DNA of 51,702 nt from Chiloscyllium plagiosum. Lineage: Eukaryota. Shown one piece after another: positions 25,305-38,939 of this stretch. The stretch is from positions 5,544,863 through 5,596,564 of the forward strand of contig NC_057749.1 of the NCBI RefSeq assembly GCF_004010195.1, read 5' to 3'. Under the pieces are notes generated by a model that was not told the DNA's origin, did not search any database, and saw only the letters and a list, made by a program, of their open reading frames with translations. How positions within the stretch are numbered: the first letter of the stretch is position 1; each line of letters begins with the position of its first letter. Made by a program: the position numbers and the translations under genes.

Positions 25305-27091
25305 TCAAGAGCTTTTTTCAAAGTGGCCTCTTCATCTCTAGGTACACAATGGTCTCCAAAGATATAAAAGATTTGGATCAAAAAGGGTCAATTTCGTGCT
25401 CACTTGAAACACGCTTAAGTGAAAACTACATTAAAAATCTCCAAATAGCTGCAGCAATTAAGAATGGTCAGAAAGCTGAGAAAGAATATCTCCAAAAAAA
25501 AACTGCACAAACTTAATTATTAAAATCAAGGCTGCCTTGCACAATAAAACCGAACAGTACCTTAGCAATTAAAAAAAAGTTAAAACAAAAAGGATGTTAA
25601 TTAATATGAATGGCATAGATTGTAAATAAAAAGGTTAGTTGTGCTGGCAAAGATTTTACACACAAAATTAGTATCCTACACAACCCGAAAGTCTTACATA
25701 TACACGTTTCATTTGCATTTTCCATAGGGTACTCTGTAACAAAACTTGTTTCCTTTCACATTAAATAACATACCTGGGAAGAGGGAACATTTATTTAACG
25801 GTTAGCAAAAAAAACGGCAAACAGTGCTTATGACAGAGGTTTCAATTAAAATTAATATAATGAAATCAAAGACAACACCAGTAACTTCACTGGGTTGGGC
25901 GAGGTGATTATTTGTAGCTTGACTGTTGTTAGGAGGAAGGGTGGAGAGAAGAAAGAAAGAACAATAGTGAGGATCAGTCGCACCCAGCAGAACCGATGAG
26001 GATTACAGATTGGAACTGCTCGAGTCAGTGTCACAGAGGAAGTGCGGCAGCATGAATAGAAAATAAGCAAAGAAAATTTTGCTTGCAAAGACCCACTAAA
26101 CAGACAAAAATTGGTTTGGGACTTTGATGCTTTGTCCTATTGATTCCATTTGTTTCATATGCTAAGAGCCTTCTTTCAGATGGTATTTTGGCTCAGGAAC
26201 CAGTGCACCATCGACAACAGTTCTGGCATCTTGAACATAATTTCAGGCAAAGGAGTAATCCCACTGCATGACCCAAGATTAGAAAAACTGGATTCAATTA
26301 ATATGGATTTTGTGTCCTCAGCCAAATAAAACCAGAAATAGAAAGCACACAGCAATAGAATTAGACATGAATCAGAAGCCCCACTGACATGGAGGTTTCA
26401 ATAATCAGCACAGAAACTTACACTGAAAAGTAATTTAGTCAGCCCAGCACTAGAGTAATTTTTCACCTGCTGTATTCACTTTATATGTGGGTAGCTTTCA
26501 AAATGCTATTAGAAATCCTCAAGTCTCTTTCTCCCCCTCCCAAATGAAATTCTATTGCTTGCACTTGAGTGGACTGCTAAGTATAATCTGATGCATGATG
26601 TATGGAGTCACCAGCATACTGGGTCTCTTCATCTGCAGATCTGTATCGTCTCAGCATGCTGCATCCAATCTTCAGAAATTTTGGTGTTGCTAACTCCATA
26701 ACACTGGTGGTTGTACAGAGAAATCTATTAAGTGGCACCAGATGTATTTCTTTACCACCCCGCTCCCAACCCCATTAAACTGAGAACTGTAGCTTTTCTT
26801 TCCCCTCCCTAAGATTGACAAATATTGATTCATTTTCCTTGAGATATTAATTTGTCATTACTTTTGCAGAGGGTTGTAAGAATGTGAAGTTTCTCATCAA
26901 AAGTAAAATGTTCCAAATGTCTTTTTGTTTTCTCTAAGAAACCAGTAAATCAGTGGAAAGAATTGTCCTCAATTTATCTCATCAAGCACCCCTCTACGAA
27001 ATCTGGACAGTGTTTTCAACAAAAGTGTCCTAATGTTCTCATCCATGTGAATGGGGCGGAGGAAAAATGAGCGACAGCTCAGAGTACTTAC

Positions 27092-27248
27092 TTGAAGGCT
27101 TTGTAGATTGGTCTAAACCAGCAAACATAAGAGCATGGTGTGAACAAAATCAGCCAGAGAAAGGCCAGTCCAAAGTTGACAGCTCCACCTCCTCCAATCA
27201 ACCAAGCTAGACAGCCAATCAGATTCACTGCAAGTGTGATGCTGTTCA
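27092..27248 (-). CDS. SCAMP5: SCAMP5 coding exon 3 ([55 protein letters not shown]1-TM2 and E-peptide)
   Basis: 157 nt, ttgttgcAG acceptor, GTAAGT donor, phases 1/2 fit neighbours. Near-identical to human SCAMP5 including E-peptide [10 protein letters not shown]. Confidence 0.97.
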
Positions 27249-27759
27249 CTGCAACAAAGTATCAATAGCACACAACAGCCAATGATCATTCACATTGCAG
27301 GCAACTAACATGGAGGTCAGCATTTCCACAAGTAAGGCAATGAGCCAATTAGCAAAGCGGTGATATAAGCCAATGCCCGGCAAGGTGTTATGCTGGAGAA
27401 CTTGTTTAATAAAATTATACATGGCACAACTGTTCTGACATCAGCAATGGGAGCAGGCAATCTACCTTTAGGTCAACTCAATACTTATTCTCCTTTTACT
27501 ATTTTCCATAAACTGTACAGAAGTCACATTCTGAGCATACTTATGAAAACTTCATAGTTACCTGTCATTTAGATATGACAAAGCCCTAGGATGTCCAATA
27601 CTACACTAGCCAATATTAACCTGAAACCAAACAAACTAGGAAGCCACTCATTTTTGATCGTCCCAACCTTTCCATGAAACACTACATCATTCAGAATTTA
27701 TGGAGATGTCAGTTTGTTATGCATAAAAGGCATTCATCATTTGAAGAACAATCACAATT

Positions 27760-27975
27760 TCAAAATAAATTTGGAATATTGAGAGCAGTTCTAGGCCCTG
27801 TATCTTAAGGATGGATGTGCTGGCACTGGAGGGGATCCAGAGACGTTTACAAGAATGATCCTGGAGATGAAGAGCTTGTCATGAGGACTGGTTAAGGACT
27901 GGGTCTGTATTCAGTGGTTTTTAGAAGTGGTTGGGGTATCTGATTGAAACCTACAGATACTGACAGACCTGGGGT
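27760..27975 (+). mobile_element. CR1 LINE fragment
   Basis: TTGGAATATTGAGAGCAGTTCT..GGATGTGCTGGCACTGGAGG..TTTACAAGAATGATCC. Confidence 0.65.
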
Positions 27976-30303
27976 CAAGAAACATAACCAGCTGTAACCA
28001 AAATCGTGGAGAAGACTCGACAGGCCTAATTCTGTGCCTATGTCTTGTGGCCAGATGAATTTAAAAGCCAAGTTCAATAGTTGTTCAACACATGACTGTT
28101 TTATCATGTGACGTAGTTAAACGCAGACTGTAGCATCCAATAGATGGGTGATGCTGCTCAACATAGAATTACTGCAGGTGATAAATTATAATCTGGTCTA
28201 GAGCTCTCAGGTAATATATAATTTGTGCAACGACACAAATTCCTCCTAAGCTGATGCACTGCAAAGAAAGTAGCAGTGATCTTAGCAATCTCTTGATTTG
28301 CTATTTCACTACTGCAATAGAAAAGTACAGGCCGACTAAATTAGATCATCCCACAATTTCTTGGTGCACTGCAAAATGCAATTCTTCAAATAGTCTTAGA
28401 AGCAACATGTCCACAGTAACAGTGCTCTAAAGCCGTAGACAGTTCCTTGTACGGCACTTGAATGGAATTATATATGGCTCGATTGTGGTATTTATGATGG
28501 ATACATGCTAATGCACAAGAGTTAGGAGGCTGATGCGTAGAAAATATTTGCCCTAAGAACTCAGTCACCAAAAAACCGCTACATTGTACTAGGCATTTCT
28601 GAGCCCACTGGGCAAAGGAGTGGGGAAATTTTTGAATAACCATTCTTTTCATAGATGGAAAAATAACTAACTGCTTCTCTCGCCATGGATGCTACTTGAG
28701 CTGCTGGGCATTTGCAGTATTTATTTCAGATTTCCAGCATACACACAATATTGCGCTTTCGTCTTTATACAAAATGAGAGTTTGGTTGGTTTTGGTTTTT
28801 TCCCCATTAAAGAACCCACCAGTTGTTCTGTCCGTTTCGCTCCCATTACATAGGTGTAATAGCACTTTTTAAAAATATCTCACGGCTAATCATAGCCATG
28901 CTAAGGAACAATACATTAAGATTTCACTGCGTAGATAAAATAATACAGTTTAGATATGTTAACACCTGATTAACCTAACCTTGCATCTGTGGAGAAGCTG
29001 GAGATATAGATTAATCTTCAGATAAGGTCCCAGAAAAAGCAGTCTTTTAAAGGAGGCAAAAACAAAATGAACCGCTACAACAAAGTCTTGGATACGGGAG
29101 CAAGGGTCATTCTTGTCTTTTCACCTTCAGCTATTTGGCTTCTTCAAACTGGAAACAATATATCACAAAAACAGAACGTGGAGCATCATAACGATGCAGC
29201 AGCTACCTTTCATCAGTACAACACAGAAAAACAAAGCAATTTTTAAAGAGATAATTTGCCTTTATCTCACCACCTGCTAGAGGGCTTCACAAGGGCATCT
29301 GATTCACATCAGGAGTATGCTATACAAATTTACCCCATGACATCCTTTGCTATTTCCTGATCAATTGACAAGGAATCCAGAGTAACATGTGGGAACAGCA
29401 GCCAACATTTTTTCTAAAAAATAAGTTTCTTTCTTCACCAATATTAATTCCAACAAGGCTGCACCATCAAAGGCTTGCCTTAGAGCTAACTAATCTCACC
29501 ATGTATAATGGCTTAAGTGATTCACACATCAGTAGATTTTCCAGTTTTCAAGCACATCAAAAAGGCCACTATTAAAACCATTAAGCCATGGCTTTGTTTG
29601 ACCATCACTTTAATTCAGACACGCTAGAAGTTCAGTATATATTCAATTCAAATTTGCAACACTCTGCCCAATTGATTTCCCCTTGGGCACACGGGATGCT
29701 TGCTCTCATGAAGCAAGAAGGAACTGAGACCCGTTTATGCTTCAAGAAAACAGTTGGGTTTCAGGCTGCTCGCCCTTCATGGGTGTTAAGACTATCTTCA
29801 TAGCAAGGACAGAATGAGAAACAGAATAAAGAAAACAGGTTGTTGGGATGCAAGAGATCTAAGGCAACATCAGGATGCACAGATAACTGAAGCAAAGATC
29901 AATGACATAGCTCTCAATTAGCTTAGGCTACCAAGTTCAGAGGCATGCCTGCACAGTACACAATGTGCACTTATATTAGGAATTTACATCAAGGTTTAGC
30001 AATGCAGAATTCTTGCACATACGAATTGAGAGAGTAGGTTCTATTTATTGTGACAATCTATTCCACCATGAGCACAGAGAGGAAACTTATCACATTTCTC
30101 TAAACTATCGATTTTCAACAATGGGGGAATTTCCCTGTAAAAACCAACACATTTCAGCAATTACTCATCTGGAAGAAAAGGATGGCTCTGCAAAGGCTTT
30201 CATGAAAAGAAAGTGAACTTGTTACCATATTAGAGCAGGAACGATAGGCTCATAGGCAAAGGGGGAAAAAAAAAAGAGCACAGCTTGTGCTCATAAGGAA
30301 CAT

Positions 30304-30451
30304 GGCAGCATCCAAGGAGCTTTGAAATCGACGTTTCGGTTTGCCCGAAATGTCGATTTCGAAGCTCCTTGGATGCTGCCTGAACTGCTGTGCTCTTCCA
30401 GCACCATTAATCCAGAATCTGGTTTCCAGCATCTGCAGTCATTGTTTTTAC
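30304..30451. mobile_element. Penelope-derived family-A fold-back element
   Basis: 36-bp arms 30304-30339 / 30345-30380 (2 transitions); 14-bp direct repeat CTCATAAGGAACAT (30290-30303 / 30452-30465). Confidence 0.85.
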
Positions 30452-31229
30452 CTCATAAGGAACATACCTCACTAGGGTGGACTGAAACCTGGTCAGAGAA
30501 GCAGAAAGTCATTTCAGACCAGAAGGAGGTCGCACGGCCCATTATACTTACTACCAGCTCTCAAAGAAGTCTACATGGTTCGTAATCTCCAGTGCAATTT
30601 TTTTTTCTTCGAAAAACTCGATTCTGAACGGTTTTATCTGATAAATAGAGAACATCACTACAAGAATATAGTGAGCACCTTGAAGAATTGTTTTTGAATG
30701 CTTTTAGAATAGGGAAGTCCTCCTTAAAAGAGAGAAAATAAAAATGTAGAATAGGATTTGAGAGAGAAACAGATTAACGTTTTACAAAATTTGTTTTGCC
30801 TTCAACTCAAATACAGCATATCTTATTCTTCTCTCCCGGTTCCCAATAACCCACTCCTCCTTTGACTTCCAGCTTTATTCAGGTTGCGTGAGGCTGCCAC
30901 AGTGCTGCTTGAGCACCTTCATGTCAGCAACCAGTTTAAGTATTTGGCAGGTGGGTTTGCAGCTGGATGCCTTTCCTATCACTAACGCACTCCATTTAGT
31001 CAGACAGCAGGCAAGGGTACAGACACATGCCAACTTGCTTGCACCAGTGGCTGGTTTCGACCAGAAGCATTTATAGTCTTGAAATTTGGTTTGAACCAGA
31101 GAGTATCTTCCATGTCAGGAGGAGGAGATCCACCGAGTCACTCCAGCACTCCCTATCCTAACAGCTTTCTTTATAGAGCTGAATGGGTGATCTCCAAAAG
31201 TATTTCATTCCTGTCTGGCGCAAGACTGC

Positions 31230-33300
31230 AAAAAAACACAATAGCAAAAACATGGCTCAGAAGGGAAGTTAGAGATAGGGTATTAGATGCAAAGAGGGAT
31301 ACAAATTGGCAAGAAAAATACCAACAGACCAGAGGGTTTGTAACAGTTTTATACATCAAAGGAGCATCAAGGGATTGATTAGGAAGGGGGAAAGTAAAAT
31401 ATGACCGCAAGGTTATAGGAAACATAAGAATTGGAGTGTAAAAGTTACTATCTATATGCAAAGAGAAGAAGATTGGTGAAAACTCATGTAGGTCCTTACA
31501 GTCAGAATGGGGATCAAAGAAATGGCTGAAGTAAACTCATACTTTGAGTGTCCTAACGAAGGACACAAACAACATGTTAGAAATGATAGGGCATACAGAC
31601 TTTAGTGAGAGGGAGCAACTGGAGCAAGTCTGTATTAGTAGAGAAATTGATGGGATTGAAGACTAATAAGGCCAGATAATCTAAATCCCAGAGTACTTAA
31701 GGACTTGGCCGTAGAAACAGTTGTATGCATTGGTGGTCAACTTCAAAGATTCTTTCGACTGTGGAATTGGACTGGAAGGTAGGTACTGTAACCCCATCAT
31801 TTAACAAGTGTGAGATAGAAAGAAAAAAAAAGATACTTCTGGACCAGAAGTCTGTCATCAGGAGTGAGGATGCCAGAGTTAATTATCAAGGATTTTATTG
31901 CAGAGCACTTGGAAAACAGTGGTAGAATCAGACAGTCAGCATAGATTTACAAAAGGGGAATAATGCTTGACAAATCTACTGGAATTCGTTGAGGATGCAA
32001 CTAGTACTGTTGATTGGTGAAGCCAGTGGAAATGGTTTATTTGATCTTTCAGAAGGTATTTGGCTAAGTCCCACATAAGAAATTGAAGCTAATGGGATTA
32101 GGGCTAGTGTATTTAAATAATAGCAAAATTAATTAAAGGCAGGAAACAGTAGGAATAAATGGGTCATCTGCTGAATGGTAAGTGTGATGAAAGGGGTACC
32201 TTCAACTACACTAGGTGTCCAGCTATTCGCAATATATGTTAATGATTTAGATGAGGGAACTAGATATGATCTCTTAAACTTTGAGATGATAGAGGTGGGA
32301 GGAAAGGTGACTTGTGAGGAGGATGCAGAGATGTTGCAATGCCATTTAGACAGCGGAGCAAGTGAGCATATGTGGATAATGCCACATTATCCACATATAT
32401 GATGTGCATTTAGTGTGCATCAATGAGAGGATATACACTTTGGTACCAAAAATAGAAAGACATTATTTGAATGGCTGTAATTTAAAAAAAAAAGAGGGGA
32501 ATATTCAAAGAGACCTGGGTGTCCTTATATGCACCAGTCACTGAAAGTAAGCACGCAAGTGCAGTAGGCAGTAAAGACAGCAAACTGTGTGTAAGCCTAC
32601 ACAGCAAAAGGATTCAAGTACAAGGGTGTATTATTGCAATTACACAAGCATTGGCGAGGCCACATCTATTTCGGTCTCTTTATCAGAGGAGGAAGGATGT
32701 GCTTGCTATGGGGAAGTGCAGCAAAGGTTTACCAGACTGATCCCTGGGGTGGTAAGACCCAATGCTAAGACTGGCTGGGTTAAGATTGTGTGGTGCTGGA
32801 AAAGCACAGCAGGTCAGGCAGCATCACACTCTCAACTCTAATCTTCAGCATCTGCAGTCCTCACTTTTGCAGAGTTATGATTGTATTCACTGGTGTTTCA
32901 AAAAATGAAGGGAATCTCAGAAACTTTTAAAATTCTAACAGGACTAGACAGGTTAGATACAAAAATGATGTTTCGGATAGTGGGGGAAATGTCAAAACTA
33001 TGGATAATAGTTTAAGGATAAGGGATTGAGATGATAAGAAATTTCCTCACCCAGAGTGGTGAGCCTGTGAAATTTGTTGCCACAGAAAGTGGTAGAGGCC
33101 AAAACAGTGTTTTCAAGGAGGTGATATATATATAGGTCTTGCGGCTAAAGGCATCTTGAGATAAGGTGAGGGAGATGAATGGGATTAGATGGGAGTCAGA
33201 TGGGATTAGAATCTGAGTTCAACAATCAATCATATTGGTTGGCAGAGCTGGCTTGAGGGACCAAATGACTTATTCCTACTCCCATCTTCTATGTTTCCAT
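31230..33300 (+). mobile_element. About 2 kb decayed CR1 LINE (RT domain to 3' tail), with a family-A PLE fragment inserted at about 32775-32870
   Basis: Remnants of SQHGF, CLTNLLEF, DFQKAFDKVPH (32041-32076) and LFAIYVNDLDEG; tail CTTCTATGTTTCCATGT. Confidence 0.85.
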
Positions 33301-36300
33301 GTTAAATTCTCCTTTTGTTCATATGATGGTGCCTATGATCAACTTATCAAATCTGAATTAGGAGCAAAAGGAGGTCATTCAATAAGATCATTGCTGATTT
33401 CCTATTTAACAAGTATACATCTACAGCCACCTTATTCAATGACCTTCAACATCACCACTTTGAACTAGTGTTCAAAATCACAAAAAGCTTCCCACCTCTG
33501 CCCTAAGACGATCATCCTTCCTAGCTCTGGACTAACCCACAAGAATAAACATCTCTTCCACGTCCATCTGGTCAAAGTCAGAGAGCTTGTATACTTCAAA
33601 TCATGGAATTCTAAAACATCAGCGGAAACATGTCTCAAATCTGACCAATATTTTAATCATAAGACAGTTCATCCATTCCTGGTATCAATCACACCTCTGA
33701 ATCCCCACCTTTCCATCCTGCCTCGAATAAAACTGCACACAGATTTCAAGATCCCCTTTTCAACTGAAGCGTAAAATCCTCTCTAAATTATTCCTAAAAT
33801 ATTTTATCCCTGTACTTCATTAGCGCTTAATTCTCAACATCTTGAGCAAACATCCAAATAACCTTGTTAAAACTTTAGCTCCAATTTCCAATGGCTCTTT
33901 GGAACTCTTGGGTTAGCCCCAGTTTGAAAGTGTCAGCACTCAACTTGAAGGTTATATTTGTCATACAGTAGGTCACAAGAATGAGCCATCTACATTCGGA
34001 TAATATCCCAGAGTTCAGAGATGGAATTTAGTGAACATATGTGCAGAACTGCACTTTTGAGATTAACATGCAAAGGATGATTTTTTTTTAAGAAAAATTT
34101 ATAAAAGCTAACCTTAGAAAAATATAATTTGTCAGCTGACCTCCATGCAGAGCAGTTACATCATTAGGGAGTCAGTATCACATACAACAGTCACACAAAA
34201 TAAAAGCAAACATTGTTACAACACCCTTTCAATAACAATCCTCAAATAGGAAATCAACTTCAAAAGATTATATATCCTAACTCCACTTTGTCAGTCAGTA
34301 AACATGATATCTATGTACCATTTTTCTTAATGCTAATAATACAGGGACAGTTAATTATGAAGAGTCTTTGAAGTGGTTTAAAAATGCATAGAATTATCCT
34401 TAAAATTAAAACGATATTTTTAAACATGGATTGCTTGAATTTTTCATCTTGTACTCATCAGGAATGCTAAATCTCAAATGATGACAATAATTTATACTAG
34501 AAAAGGGTGATGACTGATTAACAAGTCAACTGATTAGACAAAACATTGCTATAGAGAAAGCAAAAGGGAACTTTAAGCTCCCCTACCTCTCTTACTTCCT
34601 GTAGTAAAAATAATAGCAATTGTTTGAAATTTGGCATTCTTGCATTTGTCCTGATAAGTACAAGACAAAGTGCTTCGATGGCAGGACTCTCCTTTCATCA
34701 ACGTCCAAATTGTGTTCAACCAAATAACTAATTACATATAATGGAATAAAAAGGTTTGTGCAAATCATGTGGATAATTCTTATTTACGTGTCCACTCCTG
34801 CAAGAGAAGCTATTCACCTCAGTAGAAATCTAATTACAGAGGCAACACATTTAAAAGATCGGAGCAAGTCAGTGCAATGACCAACAGGACTGCTATAAAA
34901 TAGTAAGGACTTTCCTCGAGTACATTAACCAAGCAGCTCAATAGAACTGATCAATGGACGGTAACAGACTGCAGGCCTGGGTTTGTATTTCTACATGGAC
35001 AATGTTTACCGCTCAAGTGTTCAGGACATGATGATGAAAGCACACAATAATCCTCTGCCTACCAGCATTTTGAACGCTGTCCAAATACTTCACACAGATG
35101 CAGAGGCAGCCTCAAAGCAGCTGGAATCAGTTGTTTAACAGTCCTACAGCACCCCTCACAGGCCACTTTAAACATGAATGTAAATATCATTTCATCTGTA
35201 CTTCAGTTAATTCACACTCCTTAATGCTAGCATGATATCAGATGTGCATCTTGCGGAGATCAATTAAAACTCCCTTTACATAGTGGGTAAGAAAGATAAA
35301 TAGATAGAAAAGCCAATAACTTGCATTTATGTAGGAGTGGATAGCAAGTCTAGAACTATAGCTACCTAATACATGAAATGAAGCCAGAATTGGAGGAACA
35401 AAAAGGTCTTATGGCTTTAAGATTTGAGGAGGTTAGAGACAGAAAGACAAAGCTGTTGCTCCAATCAATGATACTGCCGAACAAAACTGAAGTTAAAAAC
35501 TCAACATTTAATAATCACCACATGCTGAAATCAAATTTTTAAATGAAGGTCACAGTAAGAATTTTTAAAGTTCAAATAATTTGCTCAAGTTCAGTGCCAA
35601 TGTAAATCCTGACAGTGCATAGTTAATCAATTGCTTCAATGCTTTAAAATGGTGAAGTACTGCCATCTACTGACAATCACTTGCAGCATAGCATCTAATG
35701 TTAATGCAAGATTTGATATGCAATGCTGCATTTGCAGAGGCCTGGTTTAACACCTTTAAATTAGACATTGACAAGCAGTTCAAATTGTCAATGAATGTGG
35801 AGGCAGTTAATCCTTCCCAATTTCTGTTGGCAAAATACCAAAATGAAAGAATATACATTACCACAAACCTGAAAAATAGAAATTACTGTATAAAAGCAGA
35901 TTGAGAACACTGCCCTGCTAACACTACCAAGTCTGTTTTTGACTGCTCTGTAACACAACTTTCAACATTCACTGGGAACAGACAAAATGATCTTGAGCTA
36001 TATTTCAGCTGGACAAATATGACTTAAGAATTGTGATAGTTCATTTGGGAGCTGGACAACTCCTTTTATGAAGCAAACAAATAAATATTTCTTAGTATGT
36101 CCCAATATTACACATTTTATTTTGTACAGCAAACAGGGCTGCAATTTTCGTGTATTCATTCACAAGCAGGCATTATCTCTAGCCTAATGATTCTCTTAGG
36201 CTACACCTATAGGTGGGTATAGGTCGAGAAATTTCTGTCTTTTGTCATATGTAGTTTGCAGCAGTTTATGCCTCAGAGTGGACTTTATTCCAACTAAGGA

Positions 36301-37039
36301 GAAAAAGAAAGATAGGAGCTGACCAAAATCTGAGAATAGGTTTTCTGATAAGCTCCTTTGGTAAGTGACACCTTACAATGTATAATGTTTTAAGTGTTGC
36401 ACAAGAGACGGAGAGGCCCTCTTGTGGCACAGTAGTAGTGTCCACAAGCCTGGATGGAGGGGCCTGGGTTCAAAACCCACCTGTTCCAGAGGTGCGTAAT
36501 AACATCTGAGCAGTCTGTCAAGGAAAAATATGTTAAATTGAAAAAAAATTAAGGAAATGTTTCATGAGCTTCTACTTTTGGGTACAGTTGCAAAAGTCAA
36601 AAACAGCAGGATTTTGAAAAGTTGCACATATCTTTCAATCCGGTTTCAATTGGGATATGGTTGTGAGCAGAATGGATTAAATGTTAACAGCTGTAGACTT
36701 ATCAGCCAAACAGTAACTTCCAAACCTTGTCAGGTGTGAAAACAGACTGATGAAAGAACTACCAAATCGAAGTTATTGTACTCGTCTACTAAAGTGCTAA
36801 AATACACAAAGCATTTGCTTCAATAAGAAATTGTTTTATACAATTAAACAGGACATTTGTGACCACCAGAAATTGTTTCTGCTCATGAGGTTTACAGAGA
36901 CTTTCAGCTCACGCGCTCATGTCATTATGATCTCATCTGGAAAGCCAAGTGATTGTTCATAGGCTTAACTTAAATATAAGGGAGCATTATGAGAAACTGA
37001 TCGATCAATTTTCCAGAGGGGAAAAAGAATGATTTATTC

Positions 37040-37410
37040 CTCCATTCTTTGATATGGGTTACTGCTAGCAAGGCCAGCAATTATTCTTCATCCCTAATTG
37101 TCCTTGAACCTAATAATTGCCAAGCCATTGCACAGGACACTGAATAGGTCAACCAAATGACTGTGGTTCAGGAGTAAAACATAGACTCCACTAGCTAAGT
37201 ATGGACCTCCTTCCTCCAAAAGGACTAGAGAACCAGATAGGTTTTTAAACAATTGATGAGCATTACTGAGATAGCTTTATTCCAAGTTCATTAACTCAAT
37301 TTAAATCCCACCGGTTGCCATGATGGGATTTGAACCCTGAATCTCCAGAGGGTGAACCAGAATCTCTGGAGTACTAACCAATGACATGACCATTAAATTA
37401 CCATCTCCTC
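37040..37410 (-). mobile_element. Old SINE (relative of the 12560-13390 family)
   Basis: GGCCAGCAATTATTCTTCATCCCTAATTG..TTTAAATCCCACC..GCCATGATGGGATTTGAACCC is the reverse complement of that family. Confidence 0.55.
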
Positions 37411-38741
37411 AGCATGATGAAGAATCACATTAGTCTTGTGCTAACGTCCAGTTTCTTTATATGTTTTATATTATTTAGTATCGGTGTTCAACCTTTTAAG
37501 TGTTATGGATTTTATTTTAAAATAATATATCAGTTAGATGTGTTTTTCAGGTAGAAGCTTCCCACAAGTTAATTGTTAGGCCAGTGATACTTAAGCAGAA
37601 TCTATTAGCTAGCATTTAAATGATTTTCATAATTTCTAATCATTCTAAAACACTTTGGTGAAGTACTTTTGAAGTGCAGTGCCTTCTACAACATGGAGAA
37701 ACTTGGCAGTATGTGCATAGCAAGGTCCCATTGGAGAATAAATACAGGCTTCAGTTCACTGTTCAATTTAGAAGTGCCATTAAGCTCATTAAATCAGTAA
37801 AGGTATTGACAATAAACTTGAACTGTAACAGATATCAGATTCCTCAGACAAGTCTCGAGGTTTACAGCACAAGAACTAAAGATTTGACAGCCTAAGGGCA
37901 ATTAGGCAGAGGCAACAAGGGTTGGCTCAGCCAGCAATAGGAACACCCTGGGAAAGAATATATGAAAACTTCATCTGTCTCAACTTTCAGCTGAGGGTAT
38001 CTGAAGACAAATTCACCTTCCTGATTTCTCTCCATTACCTTGCAACTTTTCTGTTTATATTTATCATTTTTTCCCATGAAAGAGGCCACACAGTCAACTT
38101 ATTATGTATAAAAAAAAGAGTTGTGCTCTGAAAGACCCTTTGTCTAAAATAATTCCTCAATCTTGCTTTTCAACCTCAACGGCAATTTTAAATTCTTCTC
38201 ACTTACAGGTTAAAAGGATAGAGTAACTCTACATATGAGACTCATAAGTTCCCTTTACATCACTGACAAAAGAACCAGAGAGGGAGTTTCTCTTTACTCC
38301 TGTTATTCTATGCAACATCTGACAGGGATGAAACTGAAATTCAGTACTAACAATCCAAAAAGGACTGGCCAAATCCATGAAGGTAAAAGAATATAAATGA
38401 ATAAGGAAGCAGCAAGGTAGTTGGACTGATTAGATAACTCTTTTTTTTTTTTTAAAAAAAAGAGGTACAACAGTGCAGACGTGATGAGCCAAATAGCCTC
38501 CTTTTCTGATTTGGTAACTTCAACCTGAGGAAACAGTTTTACCGGTTAACCCTTTTAAAAAGTTAAACACCTCTATTAAATCTCCTTTTAGATAGGGATT
38601 CAGAAAAAAAAAGTGATGTTTCTCATGTAAACCAATACTCAATCTATAGCTGCAATATGTTTCTTCACAATTTTGACTTCCCATTTCAGGAAGAGAAAAA
38701 TCCCACTACAGTGAGGCTTGTCTAACTCCACAGTGAAGCAG

Positions 38742-38939
38742 AGCCGGAGATGTGTTGCTGGAAAAGCGCAGCAGGTCAGGCAGCATCCAGGGAACAGGAG
38801 AATCGACGTTTCGGGCATAAAAAGAAGGGCTTATGCCCGAAACGTCGATTCTCCTGTTCCCTGGATGCTGCCTGACCTGCTGCGCTTTTCCAGCGACACA
38901 TCTCCGGCTCTGATCTCCAGCATCTGCAGACCTCACTTT
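38742..38939. mobile_element. Young Penelope-derived family-A fold-back element
   Basis: 82-bp arms 38739-38820 / 38831-38912 with one mismatch; 16-bp direct repeat CTCCACAGTGAAGCAG (38726-38741 / 38940-38955). Confidence 0.9.
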
